Shown here: piece after piece, positions 51,790 to 63,750 of the stretch
Numbering within the stretch: the stretch's first letter is position 1
Layout: each line of letters begins with the position of its first letter
Assembly (NCBI GenBank): GCA_028023455.1
Contig: JAQFVV010000011.1
Coordinates: forward strand, 4,712,001 to 4,776,000
From: Epiperipatus broadwayi
Taxonomy: Eukaryota > Animalia > Onychophora
Direction of reading: 5' to 3'
DNA: 64,000 nt
Notes under the pieces: generated by a model
The model's input: the letters and a program-made list of their open reading frames with translations, nothing else
The model's database searches: none
Told to the model about the DNA's origin: nothing
Translations under genes and position numbers: made by a program

Positions 51790-52420
51790 GATTGTGAGAT
51801 GAGAAAATTGTAAACCACACTAAGGTATAATCCTATTCATTTTTTTCAAGGCAAGAATTAAGATTTTCTGTGCATGAGCCTGAAGTTTGGGAATAATGTT
51901 ATCAAATACGTCATTGGCATTAAAAATATGGCAGCTGACAAAATAATCTAGCAGCACTATGAAATGTAAATAAAGATAAATTTAGAACTGAAAAAATGTT
52001 ATAAATATTATCAAGTGTAAGGTAAAGTAGAACTAAAGATAAATATTAAAATCTAAAAATTAACATTCAGTGACTTTTCAAAGAAGGCAAAAATAAAGAT
52101 TGAAAGTAGTGAATCAGAAATAGTTAACATCTTGTCTATCTATATCAACTTACTAATACAGGTGGGCACATAATGGATGCAATTAATAATAGAATTAAAC
52201 TTGAAATAATTTAATATTAAAAGGAAATGTCTCTTAATAAAATGTCTGATGATACAATAGCAAAGTAGACTGCAGATCATACATTGAAATATGTTGGAAT
52301 TAACCAGAACTAAAAAACATAATTACATGGGTGAAATATCAAAAAAGGTATAGCTAAAATCACTACCCAAATTAAGAAGTTGCTAGAAGAGATGTCGTAG
52401 ATGAAATGAATTTCTAAACT
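51790..52420 (+). mobile_element. Older RTE remnant
   Basis: Degenerate match to the RTE RT-to-C-terminal region (taaagataaat, aaataaagattga, agaattaaacttg, tgctagaagag). Confidence 0.5.
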
Positions 52421-53059
52421 ATATCCTAAAAGATTCTAAAGTCTTAGAAAGAAAACATCGGAAAGTTTGATAGAGTAATGTGAAAAAAAAATGAATTAAA
52501 GGCAGAAATCTTAATTTGCAGAAGACTAAATCATTATACCATTTCAAATTTATATATATGAAGAGTCTCATTGTATCATAGCTAATACATTGACCTTCCA
52601 CATACAGAACCGGGAATTAAAATACTAGCTAGATAAACTTCAATTTTTTTTCTAGTACTGACTAACTATTCAATATTTATTTATTTAGCATAGGGATTGA
52701 CACAGTTTAATTATTAACAAGATATTGTAGAGAAACCTATACAGATTCCAACCAGAAGATATGTTCACTAATGGTTTTACTAATTCTTCAATTCTCCTAC
52801 TGCAGCCATAAATTTGACAATCATTAACTATATGGGTCATAATTTACATTTTTTCACATTTGCAAAACTAACCAATTGGTTAATAATGAGTATTTAGCTA
52901 CACTTAGTTAGAGAATAAAACATACATAAAAAACATCCTCATTATCTAATATTAATAAGTTTCATAATTTCTTTTTTGAGAGTCATTGGAAAGTTCTTTG
53001 CCCAATATATCTATTTAAAGGTCATTTAACTTTATCTCATATTTAAGATAAAATCTGAT

Positions 53060-54240
53060 AGTTTTTAAATAGTTCTTATAGAGCAAAGACTTCCCTAATT
53101 GTCCACATATATTTCAAATATTATTAATCCAATGTCTCTTCTCTGCGTCATTATATCAGTCTTTTTTATCTCATCAAGTCAATTCATATGTGGTCTCTTT
53201 TTAAGTTTTTTTTAGAATTGTCTTTAAGATTTCACCTGTACATCTATTGGAACCTCTTTTAGTAAGATGTTCAATTCAACTCCACTTTATCCTCTTAATT
53301 TTTTTTAATGATATCACTAAAACCTATTAATGTTTTCCTCAGTATCTTGCTTTTAATATCTTTTTGTTACTCTCACTATATACATTTTTATGCTCCTTTG
53401 TCTAGTCAGAAATCTTTTTATTGGTTTTATTATTATAAGCTGACATGGTTCAGATCCACAGACGGATATTAAAAAGTTGCTTTCAAAAACAGAGATAAAT
53501 TATTTTTTAATATTAAGTTATTTTTATTAAAATTATTTTTATGACTAACTTCATTCACTATTTCTTTATATGTATTAATAATCTGACTAAAGTATTTATA
53601 CTTATTAATAAGACATTGAACATTATTTAATTTTTAAAATTTTAATTTTATTTGCTTGCTTTCATCTGATAGCTCTTATAACTCTTCTTGAAGCTCTTAG
53701 AATTTATAAAACAAACATATCATCTGAAAAATGTAGATGACTTAAATAATTATCATTTATTTTTATTTCTTTACCCTCCCATTTTACTCAAAAAAGTAAT
53801 CCCTATAAAACCACTGCCAAAGTGTTTTGAATTATCCTATTAAACACCATAATCAATGTGAATCTTAAAATCACCATGAACTATAAATATTACTATTGCA
53901 TAGATGTCTTGATATTTCCAAGCTTTAATCATTGCAGAAATTTTTACAGAGTCAAATGCCTTTTTATAATCTATAAATCGAATTAAAATTAATAACTCAT
54001 GATTGTTGATTCTTTTAATAAATTTTTTTATTAACTGAATTTGATTTACTATACTATAGTTCAGCCATTTTTTAAATCCAACTTAATTCTTTTGATTAAT
54101 TTTGGTGTACAGTTTTCCATGATCAAATTGTAATGATCTTAGCAAAGATCTTTTATAGAATTAATAGAGGACTGGTAAGTCTGTAATTTCTGATATTTTT
54201 TCCCACTGATCTTTTAAAAATATTAATATTATTTTTTCAA
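53060..54240 (-). mobile_element. Decayed RTE LINE on the minus strand, fragmented
   Basis: Minus strand shows NYRL, FIDYKKAFDSV (about 53950-53975) and the KRIKWS...KRPH 3' region (53100-53310). Confidence 0.7.
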
Positions 54241-54699
54241 TCATATGCCATTGTATAGATTACCCCAAAACCAAATTCCTATCCAGATAAATTGATCATC
54301 ATCAAAGAATATTCAGAGAGGCCATACATATTTTGAAAAACCACATTGTATCAATAAAAGTGTTAAAACAGAGTTTGTTTGCACAAATAAATAAATAGAC
54401 TCTCAACTGAATTTCAGTCATCATCATCTCAAGTTTGATTCTCACTCCTTGTTATTATTTTTATTTTGATTGGATAAAAAATGCAATATTTAACTTATTC
54501 TATTTCTTTTTATAATTTCTAATTAATGTTTTTATACCTTTCTCTATCTTTCCAATGCCCAGTTGAAGGTAAATGTTATTTTACTGAAATGTCAAATAAT
54601 TGTATACTTTAATATTTTATGCAGTTCTTCCCAAAAATTTACATGAATTATTATACATTTTCTGTCCATCAAACCCTTCACTTCAACACACACCCACAT

Positions 54700-54750
<51 letters not shown>

Positions 54751-54979
54751 CGCACACACACGAACATATATTTTTTCATTATTATCAGATTACAAATTTA
54801 ATGAGAACATTTTCTCTGAAGCAGAATATCTTCACTTTCTGAACTTCATCGGGGTTCAAAATTTTTAACAGTCTAAAAACAAGCCAAATTTTAATAAATA
54901 ATATAAAATTTTCCAAATGATTTTCCAGTAACATTTTTTTATATATTGTCTAGTAATGGCATAAATTTATAATAGTAAT

Positions 54980-55965
54980 TTAAATATAGGGGATTTGAAC
55001 TCAGACTTTCAAGCAACCTTCAACTATCCACACTATCTCATACTACTGATACACATGACCACACACATGTAGAAAAGATAAATAATCACTAATACACATA
55101 TTTTGTGCTAAATCAGCACACATCAGTTGGTCCAGATTATCATCTTTCACACACATATATAATCAGTACTCAGTTTATATTAAAATAGGAAATCTTTATA
55201 CTTTAATGGACAGGCTTCAATCTACTCCAACCTCCAACTTTTAAGCTATCCATACCATTGAAAATCTGATGATAGAATGCCCAAATCCCATGCTGATGCC
55301 AATATTGTTGTTATGCCCATGTTGACTTCAAGTCACTCTGACCCCTCATGTATAGGACAGTATCCATTTAAATACATAGAAGAGGGATGGGCAGAATGCA
55401 TGCTTAATGTGAAAGATTTGAAATACAGGTACTCTTATACCTGGAACATAATTGTAAATATAGGGATTTGAACTCAGACTTTCAAGCAATTTTTAATTAT
55501 CTACACTATTTCATATTACTGATATACATGACCACACACATGTAGAAAAGATAAATAATCACCAATATACATATTTGGTGCTAAACCAGCACTCATCAGT
55601 TGATCCAGATTATCATCTCCCACACATGGATTTGGGTATTTTATCATTCTATCATCAGATTTTCAATGGTATGGATGGCTTAATAGTTGGAAGTTGGAGT
55701 AGATTGAAGCCTGTCCATTAAAGTATAAAGATTTTCTATCTTAATATAAACTGAGCACTGATTATATATATGTGTGGGAGATGAGAATCTGGACCAACTG
55801 ATGAGTGCTGGTTTAGCACAAAATACATATATTGGTGATTATTTATCTTTTCTACATGTGGGTGGTCATGTGTATCAGTAGTATAAAATAGTGTGGATAG
55901 TTGAAGGTTGTTTGAAAGTCTGAGTTCAAATCCCCTATATTTACAATTAAGTTACAGGTATGAGT
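54980..55965. mobile_element. HHR-D: 473-bp tandem units followed by an inverted arm
   Basis: gatttgaac at 54992 and 55465, and ribozyme motifs at 55089-55130 and 55562-55603 (-), both give a 473-bp period. 55625-55960 is the reverse complement of about 54985-55275. Confidence 0.87.
55794..55835 (+). ncRNA. Hammerhead motif (HHR-D) with G12-to-A substitution, probably inactive
   Basis: CCAA-CTGATGA-GTGCT GGTTT AGCAC-AAAA-TACATA-TA-TTGG. Confidence 0.68.
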
Positions 55966-56030
55966 GCCTGTAATAATAATTTATGTGTTGAAAAATTACT
56001 TTATGACAAGAAAATAGATTTTTTGTACAT

Positions 56031-56465
56031 AATTAAATATATATGTAAATTTATAAATAAATATTAGAAAATACAGTATTTAAAAGTTTATAAAAATATA
56101 TTTATAACCATCACTTAGAAGCACTTTCAACTATCTTTGTAGTTTTTGTCAACTAATACTTTTAAAATGTCAGCTTTCCCATAATTCCCTGATGTCAACG
56201 TTCCCATAATTCAGTGATCTTAACGTTTGCTGCTTGCCTATTAATTAAATCTTGCTTGTGGTGTAAGCAGCAAATGTTAAGATCACGGAATTATGGGAAA
56301 GTTGATATCATGGAATTATGGGAAAGCTGACATTTTAAAAGTATTAGTTGACAAAAACTACAAAGATAGTTGAAAGTGCTTCTAAGTGACAGTTATAAAT
56401 ATATTTTTATAAACTTTTAAATACTGTATTTTCTAATATTTATTTATAAATTTACATATATTAAT
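56031..56465. repeat. Near-perfect palindrome with ~200-bp arms and ~28-nt spacer
   Basis: 56031-56236 vs 56264-56465 with only a few mismatches. Each arm has a TTCCCATAATTC doublet. Confidence 0.93.
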
Positions 56466-56664
56466 TTGAAGAAATACAGACATCGATTTGTAATATTATT
56501 ATATATAAATATTGTACAATAATTGCCATAAATTATTTATAATGTTTTAACTAACCCAATGTTAGTTTATCAATAGTTTTAGAATAGTCATTTTTATGGA
56601 AGTTTCATATAAAATTATCTTAAATAAATTTGTAAAAATAGACATGATTAAGTATTAATATTGA

Positions 56665-57060
56665 TTTGTCACATGATCACCATTTCCTATGTTTACTCAA
56701 ACTGTTAATAACAATAGAAAATTCTACATACAGTAGTGTCAGTGCGAGCCTTAGTAATCAATGGATCCAAGAAGGTGTGTGCATAAAATCATTATCTAAT
56801 GCCTACTTATCCAATATTGTCAGACTAGTTTCTAATTTGTGGTTTTTATCAGTGATGTAAAAAGTGGCTGCTGGAGGATTACATTAGATCCTAAGATCTA
56901 GGTGCAGTGCTCTCAGATCCACTGCTTCTCACTTATGAAAGTTACAGACTAAAAACTAGTCTGCGGATATTGGAGGAATTTTAGGTACAATACTTCTTGT
57001 ATTTATTGATTTCTAAGGCTTGCACTAGGTGGCACTACTCTATGGAGAGTTTGCTATGTT
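56665..57060. mobile_element. Older HHR-B foldback (both ribozymes decayed)
   Basis: Minus copy 56665-56890 and plus copy 56895-57060, joined at agatcctaagatct. Confidence 0.78.
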
Positions 57061-60000
57061 AATAATATTTGTTTGCAATTTTTAAATCTTCAAAAAATAT
57101 TATTATATATGTATAAAGTGTATGATTATATAAAGCCTACATAAAGATCACATGGCTGTCTTCACTCTAACTTTATTTGCCATGCAATTATAACTATCAC
57201 TTGGCATAGCCGATTTTAATGGACAGGAAAAGCAATATATGTTGAAAATTCCCAAACTGTTTTTTCTTTATGGACAAATATATTATCCTTAATTCAAATT
57301 GCATAAATTCAACTAGTGTTCTTTTTAGTTCAGCCAACAAAGTATCATAAAGATATGCACAGAATACAATTTTTGTAATACATACATATTGTTAAAAATA
57401 AAAATTTGAATGACTTGATAATATACATAATAAATATATATTTTTCATAGTACATGATATATAAAACCAAAAAACTTTCAATTTCATGTAAATTTTATTT
57501 CCATTAATATTTATATAAAAACAGTTTTACATTGCTATTCCTTTAGTAGATATAAAAACAAAAGATCACACGATCATTTTTCTATCTGTAATACATTTTT
57601 ATAAATAAATTATGATTCTATTTTAAAAGTTTATTTTCATTACCAAATGAAAGATAAAATACAGTGGCAACTTGTAATTTCAAATCGTCATCTCTTTAGT
57701 AAACATAAAAAATAAATAAGAAGAAAGCCACATGATCCGTTTTCCCTTCATTCAATTTTATAACAAAAATTAACCCAATCCCAAAACTGTACAAATTTTC
57801 TGTCTGTATAATCCTGAAATAAAGAAATTATGATTCTATGCTAAAAGTTTGTTTTCAATAACAAATGAAGCAGATAAATTTTATATAGAAGCAAACTCTA
57901 ATGGCAGGCTGCTAAATTATTATATTAGCCCAGATTAAAATAATATCCTTAATACATTTTAATAAAAAAGTTATCCATAAACTGTGTGATAATCATAGTA
58001 CAGTATTTTCTAAAATCTGAATTTTTTATGCAATAATTTGTTAAAGTAAACAAAAATAACACATTTGTTACAGTATTCAAACAGTATCACTTTACAATAT
58101 AAAATTTAGTAGCAATTAAAGTAAATATAAATAATGAATTTAAATTTATTTATTTTATTAACCTCTGGCATTGTAATTGATTTAATTACTCTTCCCGGTG
58201 AGTGTTTTGAAATCTTTTAACCTTTGATTTTAGTACTAATCCATTATTCTATATCAGAATATAATAAATTAGTCCTGATTTAATAGAAATTTATATTTAC
58301 AAGTAAAATAAGTTCAAAAAATCATATTTGAACTTTGCAAATATGAAAAAACTATGATCGTAATAAAAACTAAAATTGATTTCATCATTCAATAGTTATG
58401 AGGAGCAGATTGATTTCATAACATGAACACCTTTCTTCATTGACATTTGTGTTTAGAATGTGAACAAATAAATGTCACTATTTGATAAATCTATCAACTT
58501 ATGCTTTAAAATATCAAAAAAATTTAATAATTTTTATATTCTGACTAATGGTCAGTAATAGTTGAAAAGATATGTTTATTGCAATTCTGTAATTTGCTTT
58601 GTTAACATTATGCTATTACTTATTACATACTATTTTTAAAAATAAAACATATACATTTAAAATAAATGTGTATTAATGTATACTTTTGGTTTATTTTTCA
58701 AAAATAATAGTGACTGCTAATAAATTTTGCAAAAGCATCAAGTTTTTAATTATTCTAAAAATTTTCTTAAAGTAATCTTGCAAAGCATGTGAAATCCAAA
58801 AAACAATGAGGAAAACTTCTCAAACATGTTTAAAAGTTTTTGAGATCATCTGCACTTTTGATTATCCTGATATCTTTTAGAATTAAAATATCAGACCAAA
58901 TATGGATAAATTTCATGATTTAAAAAAAGTTAGTAAAATATCTCAATAGACCCTGACTGTACAAGGAACAAGTTGACTCCAGTGCTCTTCATCAACATTT
59001 TCGTATGAAATGTCTTCTACAATGAAACATCTGGTTAAATTAATTTTTTTAGATTATTTATTAATAAGTTACATTTAATTTAGTTGCAATTCATTGCTTT
59101 TACTTTTTAAACATTTTCCTCTTTACTGATATCATTGCAAGTGTGTATTTGAGTAACTTTGTGCCTCTACAAAAATCTTTCCAAATCCAAACTCAATTTT
59201 AAATTCATGTTTTTGAATTAATGCTAATCTAACTCTTTATTTCATTCAGATAGAATGTACTCCTGGGATAAAGATGTTAGCATGCCCTATATCAATTTTC
59301 TTTGATATTATGCTATCTAATAACAATGATGTGAAACATTTACATCATTGTATTTAAATATCCTGAAGGAAGTCAAGCCTATGATAAAAATAGGAATGGC
59401 CAATATTTTACAGCCCAAGTGCCAATTTTTTCATGAGTTGAGATGCATTTTATAACTTTCCTCTTCAATTTTTACATAAAATTTAACATAGATGAATAAT
59501 GAGAAATATTTTTTTACATTGTAATAATGTACTGTAGAAAAAATGTAAAGTTTAAGCCTTGCTTACTGTAATAAGACTTCATAGCCTTCTTTATTGTTAT
59601 CAGATTATTAATGTCTGATGTCAAATTTTATAATGAAAGCAAATATTCTTCTAGTTAGAAACAATCATTTGTGATTTCATTTTGTTTTCTATCAAGTTCA
59701 AGAATAAAAATAATTTCCATAAAAATAGAATTGGCAAGGCTAACAAAAGATGTCGATTACAAGGTCAAAGTTAAAACTATTATGGCCTCATTCTGGGTTA
59801 GGTACCTGAAGAATAGACAAATGTAGGACATCTGCTTACAGAATAAACATGGAATAAAATCCTATTTTGGTCTGACTCATCGAGTTTATTTGCTTTTTAT
59901 TTTTTATAAGAAGTCCTACATGTTTTATTTAGTCCCACAATGCTCCATGTTTAGCTCATGCACTATAGATTGACTATCCTTGTCATATAGAAAACTATGT

Positions 60001-60351
60001 GACTTTATTCAGCTATATTTTCTTAAAATGTGGTGGTATTTGCACTTTTTATAGCCTATTTTAGTATTATTATTAACTTTAGTTGGTTTAAATTAGATTA
60101 TGGAGATTGTGAATATCATTTGTACTAAATATTATTGGAGCAATTAAAGAACATCATTGTTAAAAACTTGATTACTTGTAGTTTGCTGATAACTTATCAG
60201 ATAATTGTACTAATCTGGTAATACCAGTCATTAGAATATTTGTAATGACTTCAAAAATAGGGATAGGGTAATTTCATCAAGTTATTTTATATCAGGACTA
60301 ATTTTAGCTATAATTTTCTACTTCTTCTTTTCCAATGTATTGATTTCTATT

Positions 60352-60571
60352 ATAACATATCATACCATTAACACTTTTTTATACACTTTATCAATACTTT
60401 TATTTGTATTAAACTAACAGTTTCGGTTGTCCTGCAGTCATCATCAGAGTTCTTGTTAATTCTTTTGCCAAAACTCTGGTGATGACTGCAGGACAGTCGA
60501 AACTGTTAATTTAATACAAATAAAAGTATTGATAAAGTGTATAAAAAGGTGTTAATGATATGATGTGTTAA
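60352..60571. mobile_element. HHR-E foldback: two inverted Penelope-type pLTR ends, each with a hammerhead-like motif
   Basis: 60352-60451 is the reverse complement of 60471-60571. Consensus CTGATGA-T-GACTG CAGGA CAGTC-GAAAC followed by AATAAA. Confidence 0.8.
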
Positions 60572-61140
60572 TTTTAGCTGTATTTCTAAGTATATAATTT
60601 AGAAACTGGAACTGTCTATATCTATTCTTGAAGGAATTTTTTTTGTTGAAAAATTCATAAATTTTACGAGCATTTTAAGATTAAATTTAAAAAACAACAA
60701 CAATGATCTAAAAAATAATCCAGCATGTAACTACTTTCAAATTGGAGCATATCTATTCTCCATCCCATCACCAATTTAGGATGTATTTATTTAAAGCTGA
60801 ACCAGAAACCTTTAGCTTGACTTCACTATTCTTGTTATGTTTGGCTAAATTGCAGGCTTCGGAACAAACTAATAGTAATATCAAAATGATATGAACATTC
60901 ACAAAGTTAATATGTATAGAAGAAATTTACATACATATTATACCATTAATAAATACAATTTTACGTATAACTTAGTCAATAATGAGCTAGTCATGCCCGA
61001 ATGAGTGAATTCATTTCCAGCTGTATAGATTAGCTTGCCTTGTGAGTTCTAGTCAAGACTCTCCTGGCTGTACTAGAGAACTTGCCTTGAATGGCCATAG
61101 TCATAGCAACTTCCAGTCCTATCATGGACTTTCCTTACTG

Positions 61141-62480
61141 TGTAGATGTATCGGTAATGACTATAGTAGAAACACCACAGTTGAAAATGATTTTAGTTGA
61201 GAGCACATTCAGCATTCAGGTTAGACAGACATCTCTCTCTCTTGCCTTTAAAAAGACTGACTATTTATTGCCAGATTCGCTACCTTACTAGCAGCAATCA
61301 GATTCAGAGAGCATCATTGCCTTTTTGCCCAGACTAATCAATGGTAGGATTTTACACACGTTTAACACATTGACCATACTTATGTTTTAACCTTTGGCTA
61401 TGTTTATACATTGGTTATCCACATGTTTACACATTGGTTAGTGGTAATGAGTGCTCAATACAATTAGATAAAGGAACCTGAACTAGTCCACTTCTGAAGG
61501 CAAGGTGACATCTCTCCACCAGATTAAATTTAGCCCTGGAGAATGTAGTCATTGATATGAGCTAAACGTGTTATCTGTTTGTTGGTTTCTCAGGTTTATT
61601 GCTGTTCTTATCTTGTTCATCATTCTTGTTTGATGGTCTTATCCCAGGGTGTTCACCTGCATTGTTGCTGTCTTTGGTTTGGCAATCATCATTTTCACTT
61701 GATTTCTGTATGATTCAGTCTCAGTTGGTTTACGTGGCAATGATATTGATACCCATCTGCTGTTTGAACTACTACAGTATAGAGTCCTTTCAGTTGTGTA
61801 ACCACTGCTGTTACTCATTTTTCTGATCCATAGTACATTCTACATAGCACCTGAGGGCCTATTTGACGTTTATTTTTTTTTTTTTTGTACATATTTGAAA
61901 TCAGGTTTCAGGGCTGACAGGTTAGTTCACAGAGTAGTTTTTCTGGAGTCTTTCCTGCTGATGTACTTGGTGTGGAATGCTTTGCTAAAAATGTTACTAA
62001 CAATCCTGGTGGCAGCTTTTCCATATCCATTTTTGTTATCATCCTTTTTGCTTCTTGAACTAGTCTCTCTGCCTGGCCATTGCTTTCAGGATGGAATGAT
62101 GGCTGTACACTAGCTCAATGCCATTATTAGTGCAAAAGGGTTTGAATGCACTTGCTGAAAATGCTGCACCATTATCTGACACTAATGTCTTAGGTAGGCT
62201 GTGTGTGGCAAATAGCCTTCTAAGAACTTCTGTTGTGGTGATGGACTGAAGTTCTTTCTCATTTTTGGGTGTTTTGGCTTTTTTATTGCCATCAAATTCA
62301 AGCGCATTGGGTTCAAATATGCACTTAATCCAAGTTTATTTTAATGCCAGGGGCTTTGAATTTGTCTAGGAGTTTCTTGGTGGCACTCCAAAGTTGTTCT
62401 GGTGTTTATGCCACTAATAAGACATCATCAAAATATGGTAATGTGCCTGGTAGTCCAGCAACCATTTCCTACATTTTAGT
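61141..62480 (-). mobile_element. Internally deleted Ty3/gypsy LTR retrotransposon remnant
   Basis: Minus strand shows RT YFDD (62421-62435), integrase LVSDNGAAF and SNGQAERLV (about 62065-62180), HCHVNQLR (about 61720-61740), then a purine tract followed by TG at 61510 (probable 3' LTR start). The LTR end near 61141 is tentative. Confidence 0.82.
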
Positions 62481-62699
62481 GCATTTAGACTTATTCTCAT
62501 ATAATATACTGCAGTACAACATTGTTGATGTATAAAAAATTTTGAACATTATAGAATTTAATTGCTTTGTTTGATCAGCGTCCATTAGCAGAAGACTGTA
62601 CTTTTCTAAGAATTCACTTTACATAATATCACCAGTATTCAATTTCCAAATAAGAAATATTTTACATTAAGTTAGAGCAACTTTCTCCAAGCACTTCAA

Positions 62700-63010
62700 T
62701 TACATTTTTAATATCATTTATTAATGTTTTTCTTCCAGCTCACTTTTTTTAACATTAACAATTCTTTCCATCATGACTTTCAAAATTTCTCAATCTTTAA
62801 GTATATATTTAACTTTTTTTTTCTTATTTTCTTTAACAATTTGATTCTTTTTAACATTTCTCTACTTCCAATGTGATTTCCCCAATTTATTTTTATTATT
62901 CTCTTTCAAATCCATTTATTTAGAACAACTATTTTTCCGTTTTTTTCTTCTAAATCTCCATGCCCAAGTCTCTATTTTATATAAATGAATAATCAAAACA
63001 AAATACTTTA
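62700..63010 (-). mobile_element. Decayed RTE-like LINE C-terminal remnant
   Basis: Minus strand LYKIETWAW and KRIIKINW...EMLKRIKLLKKIRKK resemble LYG.ETWT and RRMLKISW...EVL..I. Confidence 0.45.
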
Positions 63011-63369
63011 CATTCTTTCTTAGTTCTTCTTTCAAAATGGAAACAGAATATTGTTAACTAGAGATAGATCTGCTATGAAAATATGAACAGCTAATAGCTG
63101 TTAAGACTCAGAGAAAAGCAGTTACATATTATTATAAGCATTAAGCATGTATTTGTCTTGAATTATTATTAGACATATTTTGGTACTGTTCTATTAGTTG
63201 TTGATACTGCTTGATGACATTGTTTCTATGAAAATGCTCATAAATATAATGTTACCAGGCCCACCACATTATTTGTGAAATAATAAAAAGAATCTTACGG
63301 GTTAACATAATTTATTTATTTTCCTTAATAAATTAACATAATTCATTGATTGATTTACTTAATAAATTA

Positions 63370-63750
63370 TAACAACGTGAAAGCTTAAAACTTTCTAAAC
63401 CTGCGACTTGAACATACTAACGTACAGTCAGTCAGATGTAATAATAACTGCATGTGACCCTCTTAATTCTGCAATACAAGTCAGAAAAAGATGGGACCCA
63501 CCTTCTTCTATGCCTCTTTTCATATATAAATAAGGCAGACTCAAGCATTTCGAACTACGAGTGTGAAGCTTAAAATACCTTCACAATTAATTCACCAAAT
63601 ATTATATATAAATGAACAACGTGAAATCTTTCGATTTACTACGCAGCAATTTTCAAATCTAATGAAATGATAGTAACAAATGTAAATATATAAGATTTAT
63701 TAAGCGCAAGGGAATAATATTGTAATAACGTGAAAGCTTAAAACTTTCTG
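63370..63750 (+). repeat. Dispersed short direct repeats AACGTGAAAGCTTAAAACTTTCT in a CpG-retaining stretch
   Basis: Full copies near 63373 and 63727; partial copies near 63563 and 63618. Confidence 0.55.
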
